Virus record (IMG/VR): IMGVR_UViG_3300045988_126245
Span: 1-41,310 of that record
Direction: 5' to 3' (one strand)
Length of the DNA: 41,310 bases
From: a virus
The notes under the pieces are model-generated. The model saw only the letters and a program-made list of their open reading frames with translations, ran no database searches and was not told the origin of the DNA. Positions within the stretch are counted from its first letter, which is position 1. Every line of letters begins with the position of its first letter. Both the position numbers and the translations under genes were made by a program. Shown here one piece after another: positions 6,258 to 14,550 of this stretch.

Positions 6258-6913
6258 TGGGCATCCCTGTCCTGATCTACGGCAGGTCCGGATCCGGAAA
6301 GTCCCGCTCCCTGAAAGGGTTTGGGGAGGAGGAGATCTTCCTGGTCAATGTGGTTGGGAAGCCCCTTCCGTTCCCCGGGCGGTTTAAGTACACCGCCAAG
6401 ACCGACAACTACAACACCATCCGGAAGGGCCTGAGCACCATGCCCACCAAGGCCGCCGTCATTGATGACGCCGGGTATCTTCTCACAAATACATTCATGC
6501 GGGGCCACTCCGCCCCCAAAAGCGGAAGCAGCAGCTTTGATCTCTACAACGACATTGCGGATTCGTTCTGGGATCTCCTACGGTTCATCCAAAACGACCT
6601 CCCCGAGGACGTGATTGTGTACATCATCATGCACGAGGCAACCTCCGACTACGGGGAAACCAAATTGCGGACCATCGGGAAGCTGCTGGACGAAAAGGTT
6701 TGCATCGAGGGCATGGTCACTATCTGCCTCCGCTGCATGGTGGAGGGTGACCGTCACTATTTCCGCACCCAGTCCTCTGGCATGGATATATCGAAGTCTC
6801 CAGAAGGGTTATTTGATTCTCTTGAGATAGAAAATGACCTAAAGTTTGTAGATACCAAAATTAGAGAATACTGGGACCTGTCCCCGTTGACAGGAGGAAC
6901 ATCAGATGCCTGA
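6257..6913 (+). CDS. P-loop NTPase, resembling the phage AAA_24/Sak4-like recombination or replication ATPases.
   Basis: Walker A at the N-terminus (VLIYGRSGSGKS). Walker B-like AAVIDDAG. Followed by a DUF669-like gene, as in many phage replication modules. Confidence 0.85.
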   Translation: MGIPVLIYGRSGSGKSRSLKGFGEEEIFLVNVVGKPLPFPGRFKYTAKTDNYNTIRKGLSTMPTKAAVIDDAGYLLTNTFMRGHSAPKSGSSSFDLYNDIADSFWDLLRFIQNDLPEDVIVYIIMHEATSDYGETKLRTIGKLLDEKVCIEGMVTICLRCMVEGDRHYFRTQSSGMDISKSPEGLFDSLEIENDLKFVDTKIREYWDLSPLTGGTSDA

Positions 6914-7154
6914 ATTTTCGAGTGGCGTAAAGAAGTATATCCGAGCCAGTGCCATCGTAGAAGTCTCCTTTCCTGTGGACTTCCACGACCGGGCAGACGT
7001 TTCCTGCTCCCAGTGCCCATACTTCCGCTACACTATCCGACACTGCGGGCTTAATGATAAAATCTGCGAGTACCCGGAAAGATACATTGGGAGCCACTGC
7101 CCCCTCACTTTCCATTCATCTGACAAGGAGGAAGACAAGAATGAGGAGAATTGA
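6906..7154 (+). CDS. Hypothetical Cys-rich protein (82 aa).
   Basis: ORF track. Contains CSQCPYF...C...C...C. Confidence 0.5.
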   Translation: MPEFSSGVKKYIRASAIVEVSFPVDFHDRADVSCSQCPYFRYTIRHCGLNDKICEYPERYIGSHCPLTFHSSDKEEDKNEEN

Positions 7155-7683
7155 TTGGGACAACGTCCAGGAACAGGGGGACTTCACCCCCATCGCCCCT
7201 GGCGGTTATGTGGCCGCCATCATGGACGTGGAGGACCATGAGGACAGAGAGTACATCATGGTGATGTGGGACTTCGTGGAGGAACCCAACCGGGGCGCAA
7301 ACTCCCGCGTTCACAAGGCCAAGGGCTACTGGCCCATGCGGTTCCCCCGTAGCTATAAGGCGTCCGCCCTGGGCTTCTTCAAAGCATTCAAAACCCAGCT
7401 GGAGAAGTCCAACCCCGGCTTTCAGTTCCGCGAAGACCGGCTGGACGATCTCCGCCGGAAGTACATCGGCGTTGTTTTGGGCGAGGAGAAATACATTGCC
7501 AACGATGGCTCTGTAAAAACTCGCCTGGCTGTCCGCTCCACCCGCAGTGTGGACGCCATCCGCAGCGGAGACTTTACCGTCCCCCCGCTGAAAACCCTCC
7601 AGAACGGCGCAAAGGCATACGGCGGAGACACCAGGGGCTTCACCGACATCTCCAACGAGCCCGACGACGATCTTCCGTTCTAA
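7141..7683 (+). CDS. DUF669-like phage protein (putative ssDNA-binding partner of the ATPase).
   Basis: ATG at 7141 after acaaggaggaagacaaga. N-terminus is IDWDNVQEQGDFTPIAPGGYVAAI. Sits immediately downstream of the ATPase. Confidence 0.7.
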   Translation: MRRIDWDNVQEQGDFTPIAPGGYVAAIMDVEDHEDREYIMVMWDFVEEPNRGANSRVHKAKGYWPMRFPRSYKASALGFFKAFKTQLEKSNPGFQFREDRLDDLRRKYIGVVLGEEKYIANDGSVKTRLAVRSTRSVDAIRSGDFTVPPLKTLQNGAKAYGGDTRGFTDISNEPDDDLPF

Positions 7684-7697
7684 GAAAGGAGCACACC

Positions 7698-7874
7698 ATG
7701 GAAAAACTGCTTCTCACCCGCAAGGAGGCCGCACAGGCTCTCAACATCAGCGTGGACACCCTGGACGAGCTAAGGTCCGCGGGCAAGGTCCGCGCCCTGA
7801 ACATTGGAGCAAGGGTCTACTATTCCCCCGACGAACTCAAGGCCTTCATCACCAAAGAAGGGCAGATCGGGTGA
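7698..7874 (+). CDS. 58-aa excisionase/MerR-type HTH protein.
   Basis: ATG after agaaaggagcacacc. Sequence is LLTRKEAAQALNISVDTLDELRSAGKVRALNIGARVYYSPDEL. Confidence 0.6.
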   Translation: MEKLLLTRKEAAQALNISVDTLDELRSAGKVRALNIGARVYYSPDELKAFITKEGQIG

Positions 7875-7878
7875 CCGC

Positions 7879-8532
7879 ATGGAAATCGCGTACATCAAGG
7901 TATTTACCGACGCTCTGGAAACCTGGTCCCTGTTGAACGATGAGGAGGTGGGTCGCTTGGTCCGTGCGCTGCTGGAGTATCAGCGCACGGGCCAGTACCC
8001 GGTCCTTCCCGGGAACGAGCGCTTCCTGTTCCATACCTGTAAAGCGCAGATTGACCGCGACAACGAGAAGTATCGAGAGACCGTCTCATCCCGGTCTAAT
8101 GCGGGAAAAAAAGGGGCCTTGTCCAGATGGCAAGGCCAAGCAAAGGATGGCAAAAATAGCAAATGCCATATTTGCCATGATGAAAATGGCAAACATGGCA
8201 AAGACAAAGACGAAGACAAAGACAAAGACAAAGACGAAGACAAAGACAATATTACCCCCCATATCCCCCCTACCGAGCCGAAGGTCCAATGGGCTGAGTA
8301 TGTTTCCATGACCAATGCCGAGCACCAGAAGTTGCTTGACACTCATGGACCAGTCGACACCGCTAGGCTGATAGAGATTCTGGACAACTACAAGGGGAGT
8401 TCCGGAAAAAAGTACAAAAGCGATTACCGGGCCATTCTCTCCTGGGTGGAAGACCGTCTAGAAGAAGAGAAAAAGCGCCAGCCCAGCAGTTCCAACCCAT
8501 TCCTAGACATGCTGGAGGAGGCAGGCTTATGA
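7879..8532 (+). CDS. Putative replisome organiser / DnaD-like replication protein with an internal K/D/E low-complexity linker.
   Basis: N-terminus is YIKVFTDALETWSLLNDEEVGRLVRALLEY, followed by SRSNAGKKGA. These are typical of phage replication initiators. KDKDEDKD repeats are encoded at about 8200-8250. Confidence 0.65.
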   Translation: MEIAYIKVFTDALETWSLLNDEEVGRLVRALLEYQRTGQYPVLPGNERFLFHTCKAQIDRDNEKYRETVSSRSNAGKKGALSRWQGQAKDGKNSKCHICHDENGKHGKDKDEDKDKDKDEDKDNITPHIPPTEPKVQWAEYVSMTNAEHQKLLDTHGPVDTARLIEILDNYKGSSGKKYKSDYRAILSWVEDRLEEEKKRQPSSSNPFLDMLEEAGL

Positions 8533-9083
8533 CCAGACAAGAAACCGTTTCCATCCTGGCTATTCTCCGGGCCGCATTCCCCAGCTTCTACAAGGGCATG
8601 GAACGGAAGGAGCTGGAGGGCATTGTCAGTCTTTGGAACGACATGTTCCGGGACGATGCCGCCAACGTGGTGGCCGGGGCCGTGAAGGCCCTCATCGCCA
8701 CAAAAACCACCGGCTACCCTCCCACCATCGGGGAGGTAAAGGAGCACGTCCGGCGCATTACACAGCCCCGGGAAATGACCGAGCAGGAGGCATGGGCGCA
8801 CATCTCCAAGGCCCTGCGAAATAGTCTGTACGGCTCCGAGGAGGAGTTCCGCAAACTCCCGCCCGTCCTCCAGTCCGTAGTCCACGACCCCCGGCAGCTC
8901 CGGGAATGGGCCATGATGGACGAGGCCACAGTGCAAAGTGTGGTAGCCTCCAACGTGCAGCGAAGTTTCCGCGCCAGGGCACAGCAGGCCAGGGACTTTG
9001 AAGCCCTCCCAGAGGATGTGAAAGCCCTTTCCCGGGGGCTCGCAGAACAGTTTGCCCTGCCGGAAGAAAGGAGCGTCGAATGA
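8529..9083 (+). CDS. Putative helicase loader-like protein (G39P-like N-terminal domain).
   Basis: Resemblance by eye only: ILAILRAAFPSFYKGM...LWNDMFRDD...GYPPTIGEVKEHV. Confidence 0.5.
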   Translation: MTRQETVSILAILRAAFPSFYKGMERKELEGIVSLWNDMFRDDAANVVAGAVKALIATKTTGYPPTIGEVKEHVRRITQPREMTEQEAWAHISKALRNSLYGSEEEFRKLPPVLQSVVHDPRQLREWAMMDEATVQSVVASNVQRSFRARAQQARDFEALPEDVKALSRGLAEQFALPEERSVE

Positions 9084-9400
9084 TTCGAAAGGGTGATATT
9101 TACAAGCTCCGCCAGCACGGAGATCCCGGCAACGGCATGACCGTCCTGGTTCTCTCCGGAGAACAGGCCAACCGGGAGACCGGCCACATCGTGGTGGCCC
9201 CCATTGTTCAGGGGCGGGCGAAACTGTTTGATGGCAGCATTACTCGCCCGGATGTGCAGTTTCGCGGGCATGTGCATCATGTCTGCCTGGACAGGATGCG
9301 CAATGCGCCGGAGCACATTATGCGGCACGGCCTCGGGTCGTTGCCTTATACCGAGATGGCGGCTGTAGAGGCAGCGCTGTGCCGCCTGCTGGAATTGTGA
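9080..9400 (+). CDS. PemK/MazF/CcdB-fold toxin-like protein.
   Basis: The order of segments mirrors MazF/EndoA: MIRKGDIY...VLVLS...IVVAPIV...VCLDRMRN...LPYTEMAAVEAAL. Confidence 0.55.
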   Translation: MIRKGDIYKLRQHGDPGNGMTVLVLSGEQANRETGHIVVAPIVQGRAKLFDGSITRPDVQFRGHVHHVCLDRMRNAPEHIMRHGLGSLPYTEMAAVEAALCRLLEL

Positions 9401-9401
9401 G

Positions 9402-9590
9402 GTGCCTATGTGGGAGATCACCGTAAAGCTCCGCCCCGTCCCATCCTCTGCTGCCAACCCGCAGGGGAGCCGGGAGGGGATCGCCATGGACCTGGAGAAA
9501 TACGGACATGTGCAGTACGTGGAGATCCGGGAGACGGATGCCCCGGAGCAGATGCAGATAGGAGGAACGAATGATACTCACAGGAAATGA
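9402..9590 (+). CDS. Hypothetical protein (about 60 aa).
   Basis: ORF track. Start could be 9402 or 9408. Confidence 0.4.
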   Translation: MPMWEITVKLRPVPSSAANPQGSREGIAMDLEKYGHVQYVEIRETDAPEQMQIGGTNDTHRK

Positions 9591-10101
9591 AATCAAGCTC
9601 CAGCATGAGGCTGGGGCCATCGTGATCGAACCATGGGACGAGGAACGGCTGAACCCCAACAGCTACAACGTCTCCCTGGCGCCGGAGTTGATGGTCTATA
9701 CCGAGGCTTGCTTGGATCCCCGGCAGGACAACCGGACACGGACCATCACAATCCCGGAGGAGGGGCTGGTGCTCACCCCCGGGAAGCTCTACCTGGGACG
9801 CACCAACGAGTGGACGGAGACCTACGGATTGGTTCCCAAACTAGAGGGCCGTTCCTCCATTGGCCGCCTGGGGTTGTTCATCCACGTTACTGCCGGGTAT
9901 GGTGATGTGGGATTCAAAGGGTTCTGGACCCTGGAGATCGTCGCAGTTGAGCCGGTCCGCATCTACCCCAACATGGAGATAGGGCAACTGTCCTATCATC
10001 CGGTGTGCGGGGAAATCACTGATACATACCGTGGCAAATACCAGGGGAGCAGGGAGATTGTGTCCAGCCGGATGTACAGAGAGATGGAGGGAAGGAAATG
10101 A
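9571..10101 (+). CDS. dcd: dCTP deaminase (dUTPase-fold).
   Basis: MILTGNEI...IVIEPWDEERLNPNSYNVSL...LEGRSSIGRLGLFIHVTAGYGDVGFKGFWTLEI. Confidence 0.88.
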   Translation: MILTGNEIKLQHEAGAIVIEPWDEERLNPNSYNVSLAPELMVYTEACLDPRQDNRTRTITIPEEGLVLTPGKLYLGRTNEWTETYGLVPKLEGRSSIGRLGLFIHVTAGYGDVGFKGFWTLEIVAVEPVRIYPNMEIGQLSYHPVCGEITDTYRGKYQGSREIVSSRMYREMEGRK

Positions 10102-10400
10102 CCAGAAAGGGAATACTGGACGCCGCAGAGGCGTGTGTTTGCGGACAGAGAGAGCAGGACTATGGCAGCCCAGAGGACAATTTCCGCACCATTGCTGAGC
10201 TGTGGAGGCAATACATACAGACTCGTTGCGTTGGCCCTGGCGTTTTGGTAGACCTTGTCCCTGACGATGTGGCCGCCATGATGATCCTGCTCAAAGTGGG
10301 GCGGATTGCTGGCGGTTCCTTGTCTCAGGACAACTGGGTAGATATCGCCGGTTACGCCGCCTGTGGCGGGGAGATCGCAACGAAAGGGGCAGCGGAATGA
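10098..10400 (+). CDS. DUF6378-like phage protein.
   Basis: REQDYGSPEDNFRTIAELW...DVAAMMILLKVGRI...DNWVDIAGYAA. Confidence 0.6.
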   Translation: MTRKGILDAAEACVCGQREQDYGSPEDNFRTIAELWRQYIQTRCVGPGVLVDLVPDDVAAMMILLKVGRIAGGSLSQDNWVDIAGYAACGGEIATKGAAE

Positions 10401-10660
10401 GCATCACCAAAGAACAGGCTGCAACATGGTTTGAGACCATGCATCCACCCGGCCCTGCCGCCCGGGAGATGTACCGGATGGCTGCGGAGGCGTTGAGGGC
10501 GCAGGTTGTGGTGGATGATAGCCTGGCCCCCAGGTCTGCGTTTTGGGATGTTGATGTGTACATTAAGTATCTGATCGGCGTGATTCTAAACCTACAAGTG
10601 GTGCGAGAGCACCTTCGAGCGCTTGTTTCTGAGTTGGAGGAAGGAAATGGATCTGTATAA
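10397..10660 (+). CDS. Hypothetical protein (87 aa).
   Basis: ORF track. ATGA overlap with the upstream gene. Confidence 0.55.
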   Translation: MSITKEQAATWFETMHPPGPAAREMYRMAAEALRAQVVVDDSLAPRSAFWDVDVYIKYLIGVILNLQVVREHLRALVSELEEGNGSV

Positions 10661-10931
10661 TAACGGGAATTTCAATTCGGCACCTTTTGAGAATTTGGCC
10701 ATGTGGGCAATGTTCAAAAAAGGAAACCAAGAGGCGAACATTCCGGCGTTGAAAGAACTGGTTGGTCAATGGATCCAGATGGCGACACAGAAAACAGCGG
10801 GGCAAAGGATGAAAGGTAAAGATCTTGATTGGGCAAACATGGAGAGAATCAAGATGTGTATTTTGTGTGAAGCCGTTGCCCTGGTACTGTCTGGAAAACT
10901 CGATGAATTGGAGGATGACGATGATCTGTAA
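10647..10931 (+). CDS. Hypothetical protein (94 aa).
   Basis: ATG at 10647 after ggaggaaggaa. Confidence 0.55.
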   Translation: MDLYNNGNFNSAPFENLAMWAMFKKGNQEANIPALKELVGQWIQMATQKTAGQRMKGKDLDWANMERIKMCILCEAVALVLSGKLDELEDDDDL

Positions 10932-11142
10932 ACGCTGCGCATACTGGGAGGTAGACATTGACCCGGAGACGGGGGTGGAGATCCATCGGTGTGATTGCTG
11001 CGCGTCTCCGAGGTTGGATGATGTGACGGGGGCGGGCGACTGGTGTGAATTTGGAGAGGAGGAAGATCATGGGGAGCATGACGCGGGAAGAAGCGAGTGT
11101 ATTACTAAAAATGATGTTCGCTTTTTGGGCAAATACCCATGA
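10921..11142 (+). CDS. Small Cys-rich protein.
   Basis: ATG at 10921, 6 nt after ggagg. Sequence is MICKRCAYWEVD...HRCDCCASP. Confidence 0.45.
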   Translation: MICKRCAYWEVDIDPETGVEIHRCDCCASPRLDDVTGAGDWCEFGEEEDHGEHDAGRSECITKNDVRFLGKYP

Positions 11143-11422
11143 GCGAACTAATGTAGAGATGGAAATGGCATTGAACCTCGCCCTCACCGCCCTCCGCCCC
11201 ATCAGCCGGGATCGGATCGAGAAGGTATGGTCCGGATGTCATGAGTGTTCCGGTTGCAAACTCTGTATTTGGAACGAAACGAAAAAATGCAATGATTGTA
11301 AAAACAGAAACAGTTTTCGGCCGTTGAGTGATTTTTGTCCTAGATGCGGGAAGCCCCTTACGGACGAGGCCGTGGAGATGGTGATGGAGAGGTGGGAGGC
11401 GCTAAATGAAAATCGAGATTGA
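11069..11422 (+). CDS. Cys-rich / zinc-ribbon protein.
   Basis: ATG after gaggaggaagatc. Contains CHECSGCKLC...CNDC...CPRCGKPLTDEA. Confidence 0.55.
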   Translation: MGSMTREEASVLLKMMFAFWANTHERTNVEMEMALNLALTALRPISRDRIEKVWSGCHECSGCKLCIWNETKKCNDCKNRNSFRPLSDFCPRCGKPLTDEAVEMVMERWEALNENRD

Positions 11423-11654
11423 AGTTTCGGATAACGAACTGAGAGAGTATATTCTGACGGCGGCAGGGAGAGCACTGCTTGCAGACTGGTCTGTAGACAG
11501 AAACCTGTATAAGCGCACCATTGCAGATTGTGTCCGGCAGGTCATTTACAAGGATAAGCAGGAGATTATTGACCGGATTGTGGCGCAGGCAAGCCGCGAG
11601 TGCGGGAACAAGGCGGCGCAGAAAATTGTACGGGAGGCTATGAAAAATGATTAA
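11406..11654 (+). CDS. Hypothetical protein (82 aa).
   Basis: ORF track. Tight overlap with neighbours. Confidence 0.55.
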   Translation: MKIEIEVSDNELREYILTAAGRALLADWSVDRNLYKRTIADCVRQVIYKDKQEIIDRIVAQASRECGNKAAQKIVREAMKND

Positions 11655-11859
11655 AGCGGATGAATTAGCTAAGAAATTGCGGAAACAACGCTGCTACCAT
11701 TGTGAGGACGGTAGAAGTTTTGACGGACAACTTATTTTGTGCGGGAATAAAGGTCTTTTCTCCTTGCATTTTTGTCCGGGATGTGGAGCGCCACTTACTG
11801 ACAATGGGGAGGAAATTTTAGTGGGAAGATTGAGGGAGGCGCTGAAAGATGATTATTGA
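11647..11859 (+). CDS. Zinc-ribbon protein (70 aa).
   Basis: CYHCEDG...CPGCGAPLTDNG. Confidence 0.55.
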   Translation: MIKADELAKKLRKQRCYHCEDGRSFDGQLILCGNKGLFSLHFCPGCGAPLTDNGEEILVGRLREALKDDY

Positions 11860-12037
11860 AACATGCCCTAAATGTGGCGATATACTAATAAATAGTGTAA
11901 TTTGCACAAACCCGCCAATTTCTTGCAAAGATTGTCCATCCTGTGGATGGCATTGGGAAAGAACACCAGAGCCAATTGAATATAGGCCGTTTGGAGGGAA
12001 TGGACTGGAGGTGCAGAAAGATGGCGAGACAGATTGA
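11849..12037 (+). CDS. Zinc-ribbon protein (62 aa).
   Basis: CPKCGD...CKDCPSCGW. Confidence 0.5.
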   Translation: MIIETCPKCGDILINSVICTNPPISCKDCPSCGWHWERTPEPIEYRPFGGNGLEVQKDGETD

Positions 12038-12389
12038 CCTAGACCAACTTATGAAATATCCACTCAGACGTGAAAGCGCCCTCTGTGATGAGGAACATGC
12101 TGATCCACATTTTCTGAACGGCGTGGAATCCGTTTTGGAGTGGGCGCAGACATTGCCCACCCTCACCCCGACGAACGAGTGGGTGAGAGTGGAGGAGAGG
12201 CTGCCGGAGAACGGACAGATTGTTTTATTCCATCAGAAGGACGGATTTATTTACTGCGCTGAATATTTTGTCGGAAAGGAACTAATGTCTCCTGAATGGT
12301 TTATAGACAACGATTCCTGGAATGCAAAAGTAGTCACCCACTGGATGCCGCTTCCCGCACCGCCCGAAAAGGAGAACAGCCATGAATAA
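12021..12389 (+). CDS. DUF551-like phage protein.
   Basis: ATG after ggaggtgcagaaag. C-terminus is WVRVEERLPENGQIVLF...VTHWMPLPAPP. Confidence 0.65.
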   Translation: MARQIDLDQLMKYPLRRESALCDEEHADPHFLNGVESVLEWAQTLPTLTPTNEWVRVEERLPENGQIVLFHQKDGFIYCAEYFVGKELMSPEWFIDNDSWNAKVVTHWMPLPAPPEKENSHE

Positions 12390-13011
12390 AAAACGTGCGC
12401 TTTCCCTTGCCAGAGAATGGGCGCAGGGTCATATATGTACTCTTCAAGATGGCGAGGCAGGAGAATATCACGCCATGTTTGCCTCCATATTGGAGAAATC
12501 CACGCCAAATGAGCTTTTGACGCTGGAGCAGCTGCGGCAGATGGACGGAGATCCGGTATATATTCCGGAAATTGAATGTTGGGCACTTGTAAAAAGAGAG
12601 CAATTTACGCTCTTGTTGACATTCTCTGATGGAAAGCAGTGCCCTGCATCAGAATGGTACGAACAGGTTGGCCCAGTTTTCAGCCGCCGCCGGAGGGAGA
12701 ATCGTGAGCAAAAAATCGTCAAAGGACCATTTTTGTCAAACTGCCTTTTGGAGGCGGCAAAGGCCAAAATTCGGCACCCAGTCAAGACAAAGATAACAGC
12801 AGTACTACACAGCGAAGCCGGATGCACACACTTCCTCTGGAGTGACGGGCAAAACGACTTTGACTTTGGCGTTGATCGACGCCTCGTTGGACCACAAGTT
12901 TTGTTGTTCCGTGGGTATATCCGGCAGCACGAACTTGGATTTAACCAAGAATATAAAGAGCGGATGCGCCAAGCAAGAAGCTGCCCATCGGAGGGAGAGG
13001 AGAACACATGA
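12382..13011 (+). CDS. Hypothetical protein (209 aa).
   Basis: ORF track. Overlapping start and stop with neighbours. Confidence 0.6.
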   Translation: MNKKRALSLAREWAQGHICTLQDGEAGEYHAMFASILEKSTPNELLTLEQLRQMDGDPVYIPEIECWALVKREQFTLLLTFSDGKQCPASEWYEQVGPVFSRRRRENREQKIVKGPFLSNCLLEAAKAKIRHPVKTKITAVLHSEAGCTHFLWSDGQNDFDFGVDRRLVGPQVLLFRGYIRQHELGFNQEYKERMRQARSCPSEGEENT

Positions 13012-13304
13012 AGTGCAGGAATTGCAGATACCTTTATAAAGACTGGTGCGCACATAAATTAGACAGTCCTGACCCTGATTTGGACAGGGAGTGCAAAGAC
13101 TATATGCGGGCCACTCACGCCGACCGCATCCGAGCCATGGACGATGAGCAACTGGCAAAACTGTTCTATAGCGTATACAAGCGCAGTTGCATTGATTTCG
13201 TAAATCAGTCGGGCATCAATGCTGAAATAAAATTCAAAAATAGCGAGGATAGTGAAGCGGCATTTTTGAAATATCTCCAGTCACCAGCAGAGGAGGACAC
13301 ATGA
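13008..13304 (+). CDS. Hypothetical Cys-containing protein (98 aa).
   Basis: ORF track. Starts MKCRNCRYLYKDWC. Confidence 0.6.
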   Translation: MKCRNCRYLYKDWCAHKLDSPDPDLDRECKDYMRATHADRIRAMDDEQLAKLFYSVYKRSCIDFVNQSGINAEIKFKNSEDSEAAFLKYLQSPAEEDT

Positions 13305-13765
13305 TGAACTGCCAGAACTGCACCAAATACGATGACTGCCACACCGGGTCTGACCTGACATGGCCGTGCGGAGCATACCAGCCAAAGGACAAGCCAAACT
13401 GCATCGGATGCCCTTACATACACCCTGACAACGGCAACTGTACAGCGGTTGGTGGCTTCTTCACAGCGGTCCCTGCTGCGCATTGTCCCCTGATCCCAGA
13501 GTTGCGGGCCGAAAACGAGAAGCTGCGGGCCGAGCTGGATTCTGTTAAAGGCGAGCGGGATGCAGCAATTAAAGACCTGTTTGAAATAATAGGAGATATC
13601 GAGGAAATCAGATGTGGATACGGTGTTGATAACGCCGACACCGATGAGGCTTTCGCAGAACTGTGTAATGGATATTGTGCCAATGCAGGTAACCTCTGCT
13701 ACGAAGAAGGCGAACATTATCGCTGCAAACATTTTAAGTGGCGCGGCCCGCAGAAGGAGGACTGA
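13301..13765 (+). CDS. Hypothetical Cys-rich protein with a central coiled coil (154 aa).
   Basis: ORF track. Starts MMNCQNCTKYDDC. Confidence 0.6.
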   Translation: MMNCQNCTKYDDCHTGSDLTWPCGAYQPKDKPNCIGCPYIHPDNGNCTAVGGFFTAVPAAHCPLIPELRAENEKLRAELDSVKGERDAAIKDLFEIIGDIEEIRCGYGVDNADTDEAFAELCNGYCANAGNLCYEEGEHYRCKHFKWRGPQKED

Positions 13766-13766
13766 C

Positions 13767-13997
13767 ATGGAAACAAACTATGACTGCTGCACGCACTATC
13801 AGACGGACGAATACGACGACGGCTACGTCATGTTCTCCTTTTTCCCCGTCAAGGTCTGCCGGAACTGCGGCGAGGTAATCGCTAAATTCGGGCCCGTCCG
13901 GAACTTCTTGTTTGATTACATTTTCTCTCTGTTCTGGGATGGAAAGGTCTACATCATCAGGAGAGGGAGGGGTTCGAGTGAAAGTCCTAGCCCTTGA
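13767..13997 (+). CDS. Small Cys-containing protein (76 aa).
   Basis: ATG at 13767 after aaggaggactgac. Contains CRNCGEV. Confidence 0.5.
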   Translation: METNYDCCTHYQTDEYDDGYVMFSFFPVKVCRNCGEVIAKFGPVRNFLFDYIFSLFWDGKVYIIRRGRGSSESPSP

Positions 13998-14550
13998 CCC
14001 CGGAGACATCCAGTCCGGCTTCTGTGTCCTGGATAGTGAAACCCTCCGCCCCATCCGAGTGGGGAAGGAGCTCAACGCCACTTGCCTGCTCATGGTCCAG
14101 GTGGAACGCTACGATTTCCTGGTCATTGAGCGTGTGGCAAGCTATGGGATGCCCGTGGGGCGGGAGGTCCTGGAGACCTGCGAGTGGGTGGGCCGGTATA
14201 CCCAAGCTGCCACCGCCCCTGTGGGGTACATCTACCGGAAGGAAGTTGTCCTTCACATCTGCAACAGCCCCCGTGGTAACGACGCCAGCATACGCCGGGC
14301 CCTGATCGACCGGTTCGCCACCCACGACCGCACCAACGGAAAGGGAAACAAGAAGCACCCGGATTTCTTTTTCGGCTTCCGGGCCGACATGTGGGCAGCC
14401 TACGCTGCCGGTCTTGCATACATAGAGACAAAAGGAGGACAACTATGGAGGAGTGGAGACCCATCCCCGGAACCGGCGGACGCTATGACCTCAGCTCGGA
14501 GGGCCGGGTCCGCGCCTGGTTCCACTGTCGGGACGCCACAATCCCGATAA
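13978..14550 (+). CDS. RuvC-like Holliday junction resolvase (phage type), with an unusual C-terminal extension.
   Basis: GTG at 13978 after gggagggg. Sequence is VKVLALDPGDIQSGFCVLD...LVIERV...ADMWAAYAAGLAY. The last 35 codons or so overlap the next gene. Confidence 0.8.
   Translation: MKVLALDPGDIQSGFCVLDSETLRPIRVGKELNATCLLMVQVERYDFLVIERVASYGMPVGREVLETCEWVGRYTQAATAPVGYIYRKEVVLHICNSPRGNDASIRRALIDRFATHDRTNGKGNKKHPDFFFGFRADMWAAYAAGLAYIETKGGQLWRSGDPSPEPADAMTSARRAGSAPGSTVGTPQSR

Noticed and set aside
8200-8250. A tandem 6-nt repeat (gacaaa/gacgaa) that superficially resembles a microsatellite or array.
   Set aside because: It lies inside the replisome-organiser ORF and simply encodes a KDKDEDKD low-complexity linker. 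There is no spacer-repeat architecture.
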